Notes under the pieces: model-generated
What the model saw: the letters and a program-made list of their open reading frames with translations, nothing else
Database searches by the model: none
Told to the model about the DNA's origin: nothing
Program-made: the position numbers and the translations under genes
Shown: positions 12,029-25,065 of the stretch, one piece after another
Position numbering within the stretch: the stretch's first letter is position 1
Layout: the number at the start of each line of letters is the position of its first letter
Source: Nemertoderma westbladi
Taxonomy: Eukaryota; Animalia; Xenacoelomorpha
Length of the DNA stretch: 64,000 nucleotides
Direction: 5' to 3'
Assembly (NCBI GenBank): GCA_032718475.1
Contig: JAUCBJ010007299.1
Location: forward strand, 34,381-98,380

Positions 12029-12995
12029 CATGCATTGCCAGCCTGCTCCACAGCATATCAACTGCGACCACTCACGGTCACCCATGTTACTCTACAATAT
12101 GCATTGCCAGCCTGCTCCACAGCCTATCAACTGCGACCACTCACGGTCACCCATGTTACTCCACAATATGCATTGCCAGCCTGCTCCATAGCATATCAAC
12201 TTCGATCACTCACGGTCACCCATGTTACTCCTCAATATACATTGCCAGCCTGCTCCACAGCATATCAACTGGGATCACTCACGGTCACCCATGTTACTCC
12301 ACAATATGCATTGCCAGCCTGCTCCACAACATATCAACTGCGATCACTCACGGTCACCCATGTTACTCCTCAATATACATTGCCAGCCTGCTCCACAACA
12401 TATCAACTGCGATCACTCACGGTCACCCATGTTACTCCTCAATATACATTGCCAGCCTGCTCCACAACATATCAACTGCGATTACTCACGGTCACCCATG
12501 TTACTCCACAATATACATTGCCAGCCTGCTCCACAGCATATCAACTGCGATCACTCACGGTCACCCATGTTACTCCTCAATATACATTGCCAGCCTGCTC
12601 CACAGCATATCAACTGGGATCACTCAAGGTCACCCATGTTACTCCACAATATGCATTGCCAGCCTGCTCCACAACATATCAACTGCGACCACTCACGGTC
12701 ACCCATGTTACTCCACAATATGCATTGCCAGCCTGCTCCACAGCATATCAACTGCGATCACTCACGGTCACCCATGTTACTCCACAATATGCATTGCCAG
12801 CCTGCTCCACAACATATCAACTGCGACCACTCACGGTCACCCATGTTACTCCACAATATGCATTGCCAGCCTGCTCCACAGCATATAAACTGCGATCACT
12901 CACGGTCACCCATGTTACTCCACAATATGCATTGCCAGCCTGCTCCGCAATGTATAAACTGTGATCACTCTCGATCATCCATGTTACTCCACAAT
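12029..12995. repeat. 69-bp tandem repeat, ~14 copies
   Basis: Unit ATGCATTGCCAGCCTGCTCCACAGCATATCAACTGCGATCACTCACGGTCACCCATGTTACTCCACAAT. Confidence 0.95.
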
Positions 12996-14060
12996 TCTCA
13001 TCTGCATTATCTAGACTATAGAATGTTTCAACAGACATTAACGGAATATTAATGGATGACCAGAACGTTTCTTCTCACCAGCCGAGTGCCTATAGAACAA
13101 GATCATGCATAGCCAGATCAGGTGTCAAGTCTCATACATTTTCGTACATGTAGAGTGGTGCTGCAATAATACTACCGAGATTGCACAATGCCTTCTTAGT
13201 TAGTTAAATGAGCTATTTTTTACCATGAACCTTGTGTAACATTCTTGTGTATGTAGCATCAAGCTTTTATCTAACTTGATAGTTAATTAAAATATTTTTA
13301 ATTCATTCAATTTTAATTCATCCTGTTGTTGCCCAAACTAACATTTAAAAATGTTAAATTTTGTTTTTTAATAAAAAAAAAACAGATTTGGGTACCTTCC
13401 TCTGTATGGAGAATGTGGTTGGGGTTCATATATGTCAACTTCAGTTATACATTTGTGGTGCCTAGATCCCTGCACTCTTCTGTACCAAAATGACTAAATT
13501 TCAGGAATATTAGTAGCTTTGAAGAACACTCAATTTTGAAAAAACTCTATGCACCCTATTGTTATCATTGAAATTAAATTAAATGAAGAGTCCTCCGTCG
13601 CTATTGGCATGGGTGTGTTTATGCTTTCTGGTGTCTTTCGTTTGATTTCTGTAAGACCCCTCGACCACGATGACTAAAAATGCAATTTTGAAATAAGGTC
13701 AATTTCATGTAAAAAATATGCAAACAACATTAAAAAGTGTAATATGTGGATTTGAAATAATAAATGAACCTAGTTTGAAAAACTGAGAGTGAGAATGTCA
13801 TAATTTACATTGCCGTATTATTTATGTATTTTGTGTATTTAAAAAAAAATAATAGAAATCTAGAAACCTAGTTGAATATTTCCCCATCAAATATTTTATT
13901 AGTTTATATATTTGTGTTTCTGTCATAGTAAGTCTGCCTACGGTAGGTAAATCTGTTTATAAATAATGTTAATGTATGCAGCAGATGGAGCATTTTCCTT
14001 GATTCTAATAATAATAAAATATAGATCGAATGCGTTTTTAATGTGAGTCACTTATTTTAC

Positions 14061-14192
14061 TTCCCTCTCCTCTACAGGCAGTCAGTCAAGTTGGGATCTA
14101 AATTCCCTCTATAAGTATAAAAGAAACTGTTTCTTTTATAAGTTTAGAGGGAATTTAGACCCCAACCTGACTGCCTGAAGAGGAGAGAGAAC
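14061..14192. repeat. Hairpin/foldback mini-element (~60-bp imperfect arms)
   Basis: CTCTCCTCTACAGGCAGTCAG..GTTGGG.TCTAAATTCCCTCT..TATAAAAGAAAC is mirrored around ~14127. Confidence 0.75.
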
Positions 14193-14229
14193 TGATAATG
14201 TATGACGAGGGTAATAAATAAGCCAATGA

Positions 14230-14817
14230 CGACAGCGACTAAATTTAATACGTAGAGAACTACAATGAACCCCGACTTGGAACCACACCCCATTTACTCC
14301 TGTTTAAATCCGCTTATCCCCGATTACAACAGAAAACATTTCACTAAATTGCGTCTAATGTCCCACAGACTTAAGTTTAAAACGGGTCGTTGGAGTCGCA
14401 TCCCTCCTGAGCTACGTATCTGCTGCTGTAACACGAACCTAGTACAAGACGAGCCTCACGTACTATTATTTTGTCACCTGACGGATGATATACGAATAGA
14501 ATACGGACTAAAATGTAATAGTTTGATAGACTTGTTTAAAGAAACGTACAGTACACCGTTACTACTATGTAAATTTATTGAAGCAGTATTAAACGTTTAT
14601 TCGAATAATTAATTAATAAGAAATAATAATATTAGTAAGTGTTATTTATTTTATATTTACTTAGTTTGTGCAAAAATTATACTGATTATATTAATATTGC
14701 TGTTTGTTGCGATTGTATTACATTATTATTAGGCTATACTGTAGTGTGCAAAATATGATTTGGCGGAAATTAAAGCTGAACGGGCCAGTAAACCGTTCAC
14801 TACTAAAAAACTACTAT
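14230..14817 (+). mobile_element. 5'-truncated non-LTR retrotransposon 3' end (RTEX-like C-terminal zinc finger, 3' UTR, CTA-rich tail)
   Basis: ORF 14265-14612 contains KLRLMSHRLKFKTGRWSRIPPELRICCC...QDEPHVLLFC. The 3' UTR ends ATTAAA, hairpin GAACGG..CCGTTC, ACTACTA..CTACTA. Confidence 0.75.
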
Positions 14818-17185
14818 GTTTCAAATAATTCCCTGAAGTCGGCTTGTCAACGTTGAGAAACTTATCAACTGTTATATTGTCTTTTATTATTAATATTGTT
14901 AGCTTTTACAGTACCAACTTCGATTAATATGTCAATCGAATCGAATCGAATTAAGATTCCCAAGAAAATTAAAAATTAAATTCAAAATAAAAAATATTAC
15001 TTTAAAGGATCTCAAAAGCGCACCAGACACTCAATATAATTGAGTCTGGTGCAATCTATCTCCTACTTAATATGGACCAAGTATATATATCCATTCATTA
15101 TATCGGGTCAATAACAGCAGATGAACAGAATTATATGGGAATGTTATAGATCGTGCACCACACCACCACTTCTGAGTATCTTATCGAGTTAAGGATACGG
15201 TATCAAATGAAAGTGTGCTACATAAGGGGGCAAGTTTATAACTTTATACAGAAATTTGGTAATGGAGGTCCATCTGCAATAATGAATCGGCTTAAATATG
15301 CGAAACAAGTTGAGAATATTGTAAATTATAAAAGGAGGATATACTGTTCTACACAGAATGTTTAGTACAATCTTTTTGAATTAGTAGTACTGCAACTTCT
15401 TAGAAAAATTATCAGTCATCGAAATGTCCATATATATTTAGTATCTCGTGAAACAATCACTAATTGTAAAGCTGTTGTTCGGTATTCAAGGGGCAAATCG
15501 ATGTTTATGTTCTATGATATCACATTAGTATTGCAGAATTATTATTTGTCACTTGAATAGCATATTGTTGCACTATGATGGACAGTGAAACCTATTATAC
15601 CACTCTTATTTTCTACATGAATTCAAGGATGCTACGTTTCATGATGACTTTTGGCAGTACATGAGAACTGAGTTTCTCATGTTTTTAGATTAAGCGAAAG
15701 TAAATATAGTTTCCGATTGTGAGTACAAGTTAGACAATTTATTGTTTTGCTAATAGTTGTTATATATATATATTGCTTACAACCATTTAAAACGTAATTT
15801 GCTTTTACATATGAAATCTAGCCGGTCATTCGCAAATGAACAACTAGATGAGGCCAAATGGATTTACAATACTGGCAAATTAACATTGTAGTATATTTCC
15901 GTTAGAAACCAAATATTTGGAAATGGAAACAGTCGTTTTGGTTTAATAACAAGGATTTACAGGAATACTTATTCACACATTATTTGCAGTCAAGAATTGT
16001 AGAGGTTGCTTCTTGTGTTCTAGTGAAGTAACGAATCATAAACAATGCTTCAGAGAGATCCAATGCAGTATTGCATCGGTTTACAGTGTGTCATGTGTGC
16101 CTTATAGATCATTGGTGAAATAAGGTGGTTTCCTAAAGGGGGGTTCTCTGATTGTGTAACATTTCTATGTTGCAACAAGTGTTGCACTGATGGAGTGAAT
16201 CAGCATGCATTCTTATCTTTCCTGTGTAAATTAATGCCAGTCTCCATCGCTCCTCAACATCATCATGGGTCTACATACAGCAATAGTGTCAACCGAAATT
16301 CCGTCCATCTTCAGGATTTTATCTTTGGTATGGTAATGGATTGTTTTCGGCTGGGACCCAATTCCAGAACCAAACTGGAAAGCTGTAGACACATACTGGA
16401 CCTAGTGGTCACAAGTCACAGGTAACATTATGTTTCGTAAGAACTACAGGAGATCTATACATGACTGTACAGGATTTTCTCTTCACACCTTCACCAGTGA
16501 TCATCGTCTGATTGTGGCGAAGAATAAGACTTAGTCTCCGCGCTAGCAGAACTTGCCATGATTGGTCCTCTCTATTGCAACAGCCCAGTGTCATATCCAG
16601 CTCCACACTAGAGCTGAGCAACAGGTATACTGTTACTATTTGCGGTGAATACTTGCGAATATTAAATACTATTTGCAGTGAATACTTGCGAATATTAAAT
16701 ACTGTTTGTGGTAAATACTTATATTTAAGTTTTAATTGCTCTTATCGAACAATAATATCCATTAGATATACAGATTTTGTTAAATCATTGTTGTTATTAA
16801 ATTACTTATATTTCAGTTTCAATTATTGTTTTCGAAAAATAAAACCTATTTAGATTAGACTTTGTAAAATTGTATTATTTATAAATTAGGTTATCACTGT
16901 TGTATGAACAGACATAAGAACATGGGAGATCAGAACCACAACACCCCCCCCCCCCCCCCCCACCCATCAATTTGATGAATATAATTTGGCGAATTCAAGT
17001 ATAAATTATTAGAGTTTCCAGCTTTAGATTGAAATCAACTTTTGCGAAGATGATGTGAATTCCATAATACACATAAATTATCTAGTTCTCTTTGTACCCA
17101 AATATACAAATCGTATTATCTCTATAATGCATAAGATTTTTTGTATCAATGTAGCCATCAATGTCCAGTATTTCAAAGTGTTTAA

Positions 17186-17934
17186 GGGATAGTTATAAAC
17201 CCCGAAAATACCGAAAAAGACTAAATTATTAACGAAAATATCGAAATTATATAACTTCAAATAAAATCTCAATTTCCAGTGAGATCGGTATTATTAGAAG
17301 GCACACTTTACGTTTCGACCCTAAAATTTAATACCAAATACTGTCTCTGCTGATTGGTTATTAGGGGTAATCCAATGATGGCAAAACACCACAAGATGGC
17401 GCTCAAATTAGGACAGCGCAGTCAGAGTGTAGGCCTACTGCATTGCGACTGCTGCACAGTAGCACAGTAGCTCTGTGTAGTTACGTTCACCATTCAGCCT
17501 GTTCACATCGTCACTTGCCTGGCAGTCACTGTACAGTGTACACCTGTAACGCGGAGGTACCGTACGCCGTAATGCATATGCAGTGTTGGGTTAGGGTACC
17601 GGCTGACCGGACCGGTTCCCTTAACTTTATCCCTTCAGGCTGTGACATGCTTGTAATACACTAGAACACTGATCAGCTGATGCTGAATTGATTAATCCAA
17701 GCCGCCATTGGTCAACACCCAACAACCAACTAGCAGACAGTATTTGGTATTAAATTTCTTTTAAGGTCGAAAATGGGGCGAAATTTTCGGATTTTATTAA
17801 TTAAAAACTGTAAAGTGTGCCTTCTAATAATATCGATCTTACTGAAAAGCGAGATTTTGTAGATTGTTTAATAATTTCGATAGTTTCGTTGATAATTTCG
17901 CCTTTGTCGATATTTTCGGGTTTTATAACTATCC
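17186..17934. mobile_element. Non-autonomous TIR element (TTAA-flanked on the left, Kolobok-like) with long imperfect TIRs
   Basis: TTAA|GGGATAGTTATAAACCCGAAAATA...TATTAGAAGGCACACTTTAC...ATACCAAATACTGTC is mirrored at ~17735-17934. The right end abuts the Gypsy LTR. Confidence 0.65.
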
Positions 17935-17937
17935 GTG

Positions 17938-20730
17938 TGTAAGTTATTGATACATTCCCAGTTGTATCTGTGTTCTATTCGTTACCAGAATAAACGGTAG
18001 GTACTTCAGTACTTAATAAGCCATATATTTTCCTGTCTCAACACAACACAACAGCTACCGGTAGAAGATAGTCAGTCCATACAATACTGATAAGTTACCA
18101 ATAGTAACAGTATAGAGTTAGATACAGTACAGATCCCATCACCTTCTTTTCTTTCTGAGTTTAAAACATCAGGTTAAAACTGAAACTAAACTTTGAATCT
18201 AACCACGGATTTTATCTCTCCGCAACTGCGTCGCAAAATAGGTTTAAGAATCGAACGAGTAATAACACGTTTTACAGGTAATACTGGAACTGGAGGTGTG
18301 AGTATCTCGTGATTTAAAGGAGTCACTGATTCGACTCGGCGATGCAAGAAACGACGTAATATGCGACCGGATGGGAGTTTGACTTGGTAGTCCCGGTGTT
18401 GTCCCTTCTCCACTATCACACCAGTCCTCGACCATAGTTTCGACCGTTTGTTTTGAATAACGACCTTTGTCCCAACCTCAAGTTCTGATAGAGTTCTTGC
18501 CGTGCGATCATAACGAAGTTTTGCTAACTTTGACGCACGCCACACAGTTTCGTCTGCTTTGTCAGCATTTACCTGCCAATTTTTATCAAAGGCACGGTGG
18601 TGCATTGGTACGCTGGATCGCATTGGATGACCATATACGATTTCACTAGGAGAATGGCTATCCTCCGTGGGGTATTCCTAAGTTCTAATAGTCCTTGAAG
18701 GAATTTTTTGGTATCGATTCTTCTAGCATCAGCCTTTCCAACAAGTTGCTTCAATATCTGCACCGTTACTTCGGTGTGGCCATTTGATTGACTATATTCG
18801 GGAGAGGATAGTACCAATTCCACATTCCAAAAGAAAAGAAAATCTCGGAAAACTTTTGAATCAAATTGAGGCCCGCCATATGTCCCGTAGTCCCAAAAAT
18901 ATAAAATATTTACGAATCTTCGTCCCAACCTGCAAAGAAGTAGGATCATCACGCCATTGCGTGACAAATGGAAAGCCTGATAGCCTATTGAGTAGATACG
19001 TTTTACCCCCGAAGTAAAATAGATCCGCTGAAACGGGTTCAAAAATTCTGGAGGGGATAGGCTCTGATACTAAGGGCTCTTTGATGTTGCTAGGCAACCG
19101 ATATTGACAATTTTCACATGATTCTACAGTTTGTTTGATTTCATTATCAATTCCAGGCCAATAAACCGATTGTTGCGCTCGTCGTTTCGTATGCTCTATT
19201 CCCTGATGAGAGGAATGTAGGTGTTTCAAAACATCAGCCCAACAGCCTTTGGAATTATTATACGTTGACCTATAATGACCACGCCGTCCTCAACTGATAA
19301 CTCATTCCACATTTTTTTTACTTGCTGCACGAAATAATTATCACTTTCAGGTGTTTGAAAATCTTTCTCAATTGCATTTATCAATACTTGATAATCACTA
19401 TCCTCTCTAGCAACAATCTTGAATTGTTCTAGAATTGGGTCTTTATAATATTTATTTTCTTTCTTAGGTTTGGAAAATTCATCATTAATATTGTCAACAG
19501 CTGTTTGAAACACAGCTGTGGCCACATCTACTGGGAATTCGTCATCGTCGACGTCATCACTGTGTGGGTCGAAAACTGGGGCCCTGGATATTGCATCTGC
19601 AATGCAATTATCTTTGCCTTCTTTCCACTCAAGAGTATAATTGTAAGCAGACAATTTCATTTTGTAGTTCAATATTCTAACATTATCGATCATGTCGTAG
19701 GTGTATTTTTCATAATAGGAAGTAAAGGGCGGTGGTTTACTACCACAGTAAAATGCTGTAAACCCTGTAGATACAACCGACATTATGTTTATTGCCCATT
19801 GTATCCCAAGACATTCAAGTTCAATAACAGCATATCAACTCGCAATCTCGCAAAAATCGGGACCCGCATTGGACCAATCTAAAATCGTCATCTGTTTTAC
19901 GTTTTTGCAACAGCGAAAAACCTAGTCCGCCAGGTTTCTTTGCGGCGTCCGTTTCCAGTTTAATCTCTGCCGTTTTATCAAAATTCGCTAACAAAGGGAG
20001 TGTCACAAGAGCTAACTTAACGTTTTTGAAAGCAATCTCGTGCACCGGGGTTCAAACCAACACATTCTTTACTTTCAATATATCACGTAGTGCAATATAT
20101 CACATAGTGGACTAGCCATTGCAAACTAATTTTTCGAGTAAATTGTGATAGCTGTTGAACTAAACCTAAGAAAGATATGAGCTCCATACTATTGGTAGGG
20201 GATGGGAAGTCTGCTATAGCACTGACCTTGTCAGGGTCCGCATTTATACCATTAGCCGATATTAAATAACCACCGAATTTCACTTATTATGCCCCAACTT
20301 GAATTTCTTTGGATTTATTGTAATATCAAATTTTGCGCATCGTTCTAGAATATCACATACTAAATTTATGTGAGTTTTAAAGTTGCTACTAGCCAGAACC
20401 ATGCCGTCTGCTAGTCTATAGGTTTCTTCAGTTAGACCTGTTAATGCCATATCAATGCACAAATTATACGCATCACCCGTGGTAATGTAACCCTTGGGAG
20501 CACGGTTATACACAAATCTACCCCATGGTGTAATAAAACACGTGAGGTCACGAGCCTCTGTGGCCAAAAGGGGATCTGCCAATACGCCGTTTTGGCATCC
20601 AGGGTGCTAAAATAATTGCAATCTGGAGGGATTTCGGCCAGCACCTCACTGGGAGAAGTACTGGGGAGAACAACTCTTTTTACTTGACGATTTAAATTAG
20701 TCAAGTCGACACAGATTCTAAGGCTGCCAT
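17938..20730 (-). mobile_element. Decayed Ty3/Gypsy LTR retrotransposon (RT-RNaseH-integrase, PPT, 3' LTR ~17938-18141), 5' truncated
   Basis: Frameshifted fragments include FSTLDAKTAYWQIP, FITPWGRFVYNRAP, ETDA, HSSHQGIEHTK..VYWPGI..CENCQ, GGPQFDS, SSPEYSQSNG and LLELRNTP. The purine tract AGAAAGAAAAGAAGG precedes a TG...CA LTR. Confidence 0.9.
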
Positions 20731-21633
20731 CATATATATCCGTATAAGGAATCGTGGACAGCCAACAGGAATTTAATGAAATAAATAATTATCTAACTAG
20801 ACATCTCAAACTTGTATTTTTCAGAAGTGGGTGCAAAATTTGGTGCTAGCACCAAATTTTGAACCACCGAACACCAACAAATATATCAATTGATTGTTTC
20901 ACATTGTTTCTTGCGTTATACGGGTTTGTAAGGGTTCTGAATTCAATGGAATATGTAAATATATGAATGGAATTGAAAAGTTGAAAATATGAAAAATAAA
21001 TTTATATAATTTAATGTTGGCCAGTAATCTACCAAGTTTCTAAACGGATTGTAAATAACAAAGTTGGGGAAAATGTTCTCTTTCAGACATTTTGCCCCCT
21101 ATCAACAGACTGGAGAAACGCAGACTGGTAGGTCCTTCTAAACTTATGATCAGGTATATATATCTGCAAAGTGTCAGTTACAACAGACTGAGTCTGATGG
21201 TGCAACTGCTGAAATAGGCCTACAGTAATACAGTTTCTTGCCAGTTGACCAGCAATTTGGCCGAAAACGACTACAGAATAGCCCAATTTGACCACAACTA
21301 CGCATTCACCAAGGGCTTACTCCACTCCACAGGCATCTGGGCTGGGCAATACGTAAAATTACCTTCGAGATAATGACGGTTCATGCTCACGTGCTTACGA
21401 CGATATGCATCAAATAGACGTGCAAGATAGTGACAAAATAAGCCCCAATCTGTAGAGTGACAGACTACAGGACTACAGGTCTACCTCGACCTCACGCAAA
21501 CAATAAACGTGCAAAATAACACCCGGAGACAGTGACAGCTGTCTGCATCGTGTTATTACGCATCGAATAAGCCACAAAGCAAGGAATGAGAGCGAAATCT
21601 GACGACGTGAATCGATGGACATACATACTGACA

Positions 21634-23595
21634 GCGGATCGGAGCTCCGGCCTCCGGCTCCGGCTCCGGCCATTTTGGCACCTCCGGCTCCTGCTCCGGC
21701 TCCGGTAAAAATATTGCCGGAGTTAATTTTTTAATAAAGTATTATATTTCGTGCGGGTTTGACTAAATACGCCACCGACAACCACCGACACCTTTCGCAT
21801 ACCACCGACAACCACCGACAACAAAAGACACAAACCGACACAAACCGACAGGTAAAATCACAAACCGACAGTATACTGACAACTTCGGCAATGTTAGTAA
21901 ACTATTTCAGTACATGATTATACAATTTTTATTTCCAGTCCTAATATTTATAACAAATTATACCCAGTAAAAAATCCCCATGCGTAACGCATTAGTGCCA
22001 CATACAACATTCGTAAAAGGCTGAAAGGTGCGTGGAATGTTATTTAAGATTCGTGAAGCCTTCGTCTGTGGTTCGTCAGTCCGAATAATTTAGGTAACGA
22101 ATGCGTATAGTATTCGTATCGCATGTGAGATTTCACTTGTCAGTTGTCAATATATTCGACTCGATTCGTGGCTCATCATTTGTGGCACATGTGATACGAA
22201 TGCTTGGAAGCATTCGTATAAAGCAGTATCGCAAAAAATAATTCGTGGTTCATTCGTTCGTGGCACATCATGCATAGCTGATAGCCGCGCCACGCTTAAA
22301 ATTATTCGTGGTCCATTCTTGATGTGACGCATGCGATACGCGTGCAAAGCATTCTCAATTAGAGTACATACTGTAATTTGGCCAATCACAATTCGGCAAA
22401 TAATCGAACATGGTGTTATTTAGTTAGTATCGTTCAAAGGCGCTTTGAAAGCTTATGTAAACCTGTTCCCTTTACCAACATGCTTTATATAATATCTAGA
22501 GGTAATGTACTGCAGGCTAGGTGAGATAAATAAAATGACAACATAAAACTACTGCAGTAGGCTAACTTACTGACTTAGGGAACTACAGTATGTATGTAGG
22601 CACCGACCCCCCCCCCCCCCCCCCCCCCCCCTGCACCCGTAGTTATACATATTTGTAGTATTAGTAGTCATATTTGGACTGGAAATAAAAATTGTATAAT
22701 CATGTACTGAACTGCTGAAATAGTTTACCTAACATTGCCGAAGTTGTCGGTTTGTGATTTTACCTGTCGGTTTGTGTCGGTTTTGTGTCTTTTGTTGTCG
22801 GTGGTTGTCGGTGGTATGCGAAAGGTGTCGGTGGTTGTCGGTGGCGTATTTAGTCAAACCCATTTCGTGCATATTCTAATCTGAACAATTATTTAACACT
22901 ATAAGTACTGAAGTACCTACTGTACAGCTATAGTACAGCTTCAATATCAAGTATAATCTGATAATACTGCAGTATTTACTTAAAGTCAATGACTGACTGT
23001 ACTGCAGTACTGGTACTGGCCAGCTGGCTGACTAGCAGACTATTACTGTATTACAGTTACAGATAGGCCTGTAGGCCCTACTTTAAAAAATTGTAAATGC
23101 TATGATTGTACACTGTCAGACTGTACCACTGCACACTGCAGCCATTTACTGCTGTCATGCCAGCAGCCAGCATACTGTACTGCAGTACTGGTACACGTAC
23201 GGTAGGCTACCTACAGTACACACCTCTACCACAGTCAGACAGTTAGCGAGTTAGGTACTGTAGGTAATTTTTAGCCGTCAGCGTCAGGCCGTCGCCGTCA
23301 GTATCAGGCCGTTGCCGTCAGCGTCAGGCCGTCTGTCCGTGATAAATTAATTAGGCCTACTTAAATTTTAAATTGAAAATTCGTAAATCTATAAATTATG
23401 AAATTAATTAGACCTACAGTATGATTGATTATGAGCGATTGGCGAATGATAACCATACTTTATTTTTTTTTTAAATAAATAATTAAATTTTTAAATTTTT
23501 TGAAAAACTCCGGCTCCTGCTCCGGCTCCGGCCAAATTGTCCAACTCCGGCTCCTGCTCCGGCTCCGGCCAAATCCCAACTCCGATCGAGCCCTA
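21634..23595. mobile_element. hAT-like MITE with GGCTCC subterminal repeats, interrupted by a MULE-like MITE
   Basis: The right end is CTCCGATCGAGCCCTA|ACTGACAT; the left end is a damaged ACTGACA|GCGGATCGGAG. CTCCGGCTCC(T/G)GCTCCGG arrays sit at both ends. Confidence 0.6.
21755..22861. mobile_element. MULE/Mutator-like MITE with ~140-bp TIRs and 9-bp TSD ATTTCGTGC
   Basis: GGGTTTGACTAAATACGCCACCGACAACCACCGACA... and its reverse complement; ATTTCGTGC at 21746-21754 and 22862-22870. Confidence 0.9.
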
Positions 23596-23864
23596 ACTGA
23601 CATACATACAAACTGAGCAGATTTATATATATTAGATTAGATTGGATATATTTTTTTTGGCGCTGGGCTCTGCTAACTTAATTAAAAAACTACCTTCATT
23701 ATGCAGAGCAATATTATATGTGAGTGGTGGTGGTAGCATAGGGCCTAACTTCTAAGGTCAATTGGTTATGTAACATTACTGTACCGTAAATTTTGTTACT
23801 GCCAACATCTGGCTTTCATATTGTATTAATAACAAGTGAACAAACAGTAGGCCTATGCAGAAAA

Positions 23865-24150
23865 TGAAATAAAATACTTTCGAAAAAAAATGAAAAAATA
23901 CTTACTTTTGAAAAAAAATGAAAAAAATACTTACTTTTGAAAAAAAATACTTACTTCTTTTGAAAAAATGAAAAAAATACTTAATTAAAAAAAAAAATGA
24001 TAAAAATACTTACTTTTTCGAAAAAAATGAAAAAAAATACCGGTACTTACTTTTTCGAAAAAAAGGGAAAAAATACTTTAAAAAAAAATGAAAAAACTAC
24101 TTATTTTCGAAGAAAAAAATTAAAAAAATTCTTACTTTCGAAAAAAATGA
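23865..24150. repeat. Degenerate A-rich tandem repeat (AnTGAnTACTTACTTTTCG)
   Basis: Direct inspection. Confidence 0.75.
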
Positions 24151-24589
24151 AATGACTCGAAAAAGTAGTACGGTTTCCTCCCACTTCCTTACAGTAGATA
24201 ATTGTTATTGTTATCTAAAATTGGGGGGCTTTTTCTCTGGTATAGATAGATCAGTTTATTAGGTTACAGGTTACTTAATTAAACAGTAATTAAACACTTA
24301 AAAAAACAGGTAGCAGCGGTAGGTTTAGCTGCCACAGTAAAGTACCGGTACCCTAAAACCCAGAAAGAACTGGGTGTATGGGTAGTGAGTGAGTAGGGGG
24401 CCTACAGACAGAATGAGTAATGGTCTGTGTTTGTCATTATTTTATTTCTGTATTTAATACCGGTACTTTGGTAGTTCGGTACCAAGGACTACTCTACTAT
24501 CTCAGTACTAGAGTATACTCTAGTAGAGTAGTCCCATGGCCTACTATATATATAGTAGGCCATGGCCATGGTAGTCCTTGTTCGGTACC

Positions 24590-24953
24590 GGGTGACAGAC
24601 CGAACGTAATCGGGATCGAATGTAACATAGTTTTTACGAATCGAACGTAACCTCAATTATTTACTCAATTATTACCTTTAAATAAAAGTAACCTGCATAA
24701 TCTTGTAACATGTGTTAACTTTCGTTTATTGTTTTGGTTCCCCCAACACGCCCCTGTAACCCTGTAACCTGCTCCTTTAAATCTGTAAATGGCAATGTTA
24801 CATTCGAGCATAGTAATTTGTAGATCGAATGAAACATAGTTATAGCAGTATAGGGCAGTAGGGTCCAATGTAACATAATTGCGGTTACGTTCGATACGTA
24901 CAGACGTAATAAATATGTTACATTCGATCCTGATTACGTTCGGTCATGTATCC
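24590..24953. mobile_element. MULE-like MITE with 9-bp TSD TTCGGTACC, ending ~110 bp upstream of the TBCCD1 ATG
   Basis: TIRs GACCGAACGTAATCGGGATCGAATGTAACATA / TATGTTACATTCGATCCTGATTACGTTCGGTC; TTCGGTACC at 24581-24589 and 24954-24962. Confidence 0.8.
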
Positions 24954-25065
24954 TTCGGTACCGGTACTTACTTGGTTGGTACCGTACTGTCGTCACTATG
25001 GTAACTGGTAGGCCAATGTGGTGGTGATTGATGTCTGTCTGTCTATGCCAACTGTCTAGTGCATA

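Noticed and set aside
14830-14875. Second hammerhead-like string CTGAAGTCGGC...GAGAAAC
   Set aside because: The CUGANGA core is broken and there are no convincing stems; at most a decayed Penelope remnant.
15100-16620. Coding-like composition suggesting a decayed gene or TE
   Set aside because: All frames are interrupted and I could not recognise any motif.
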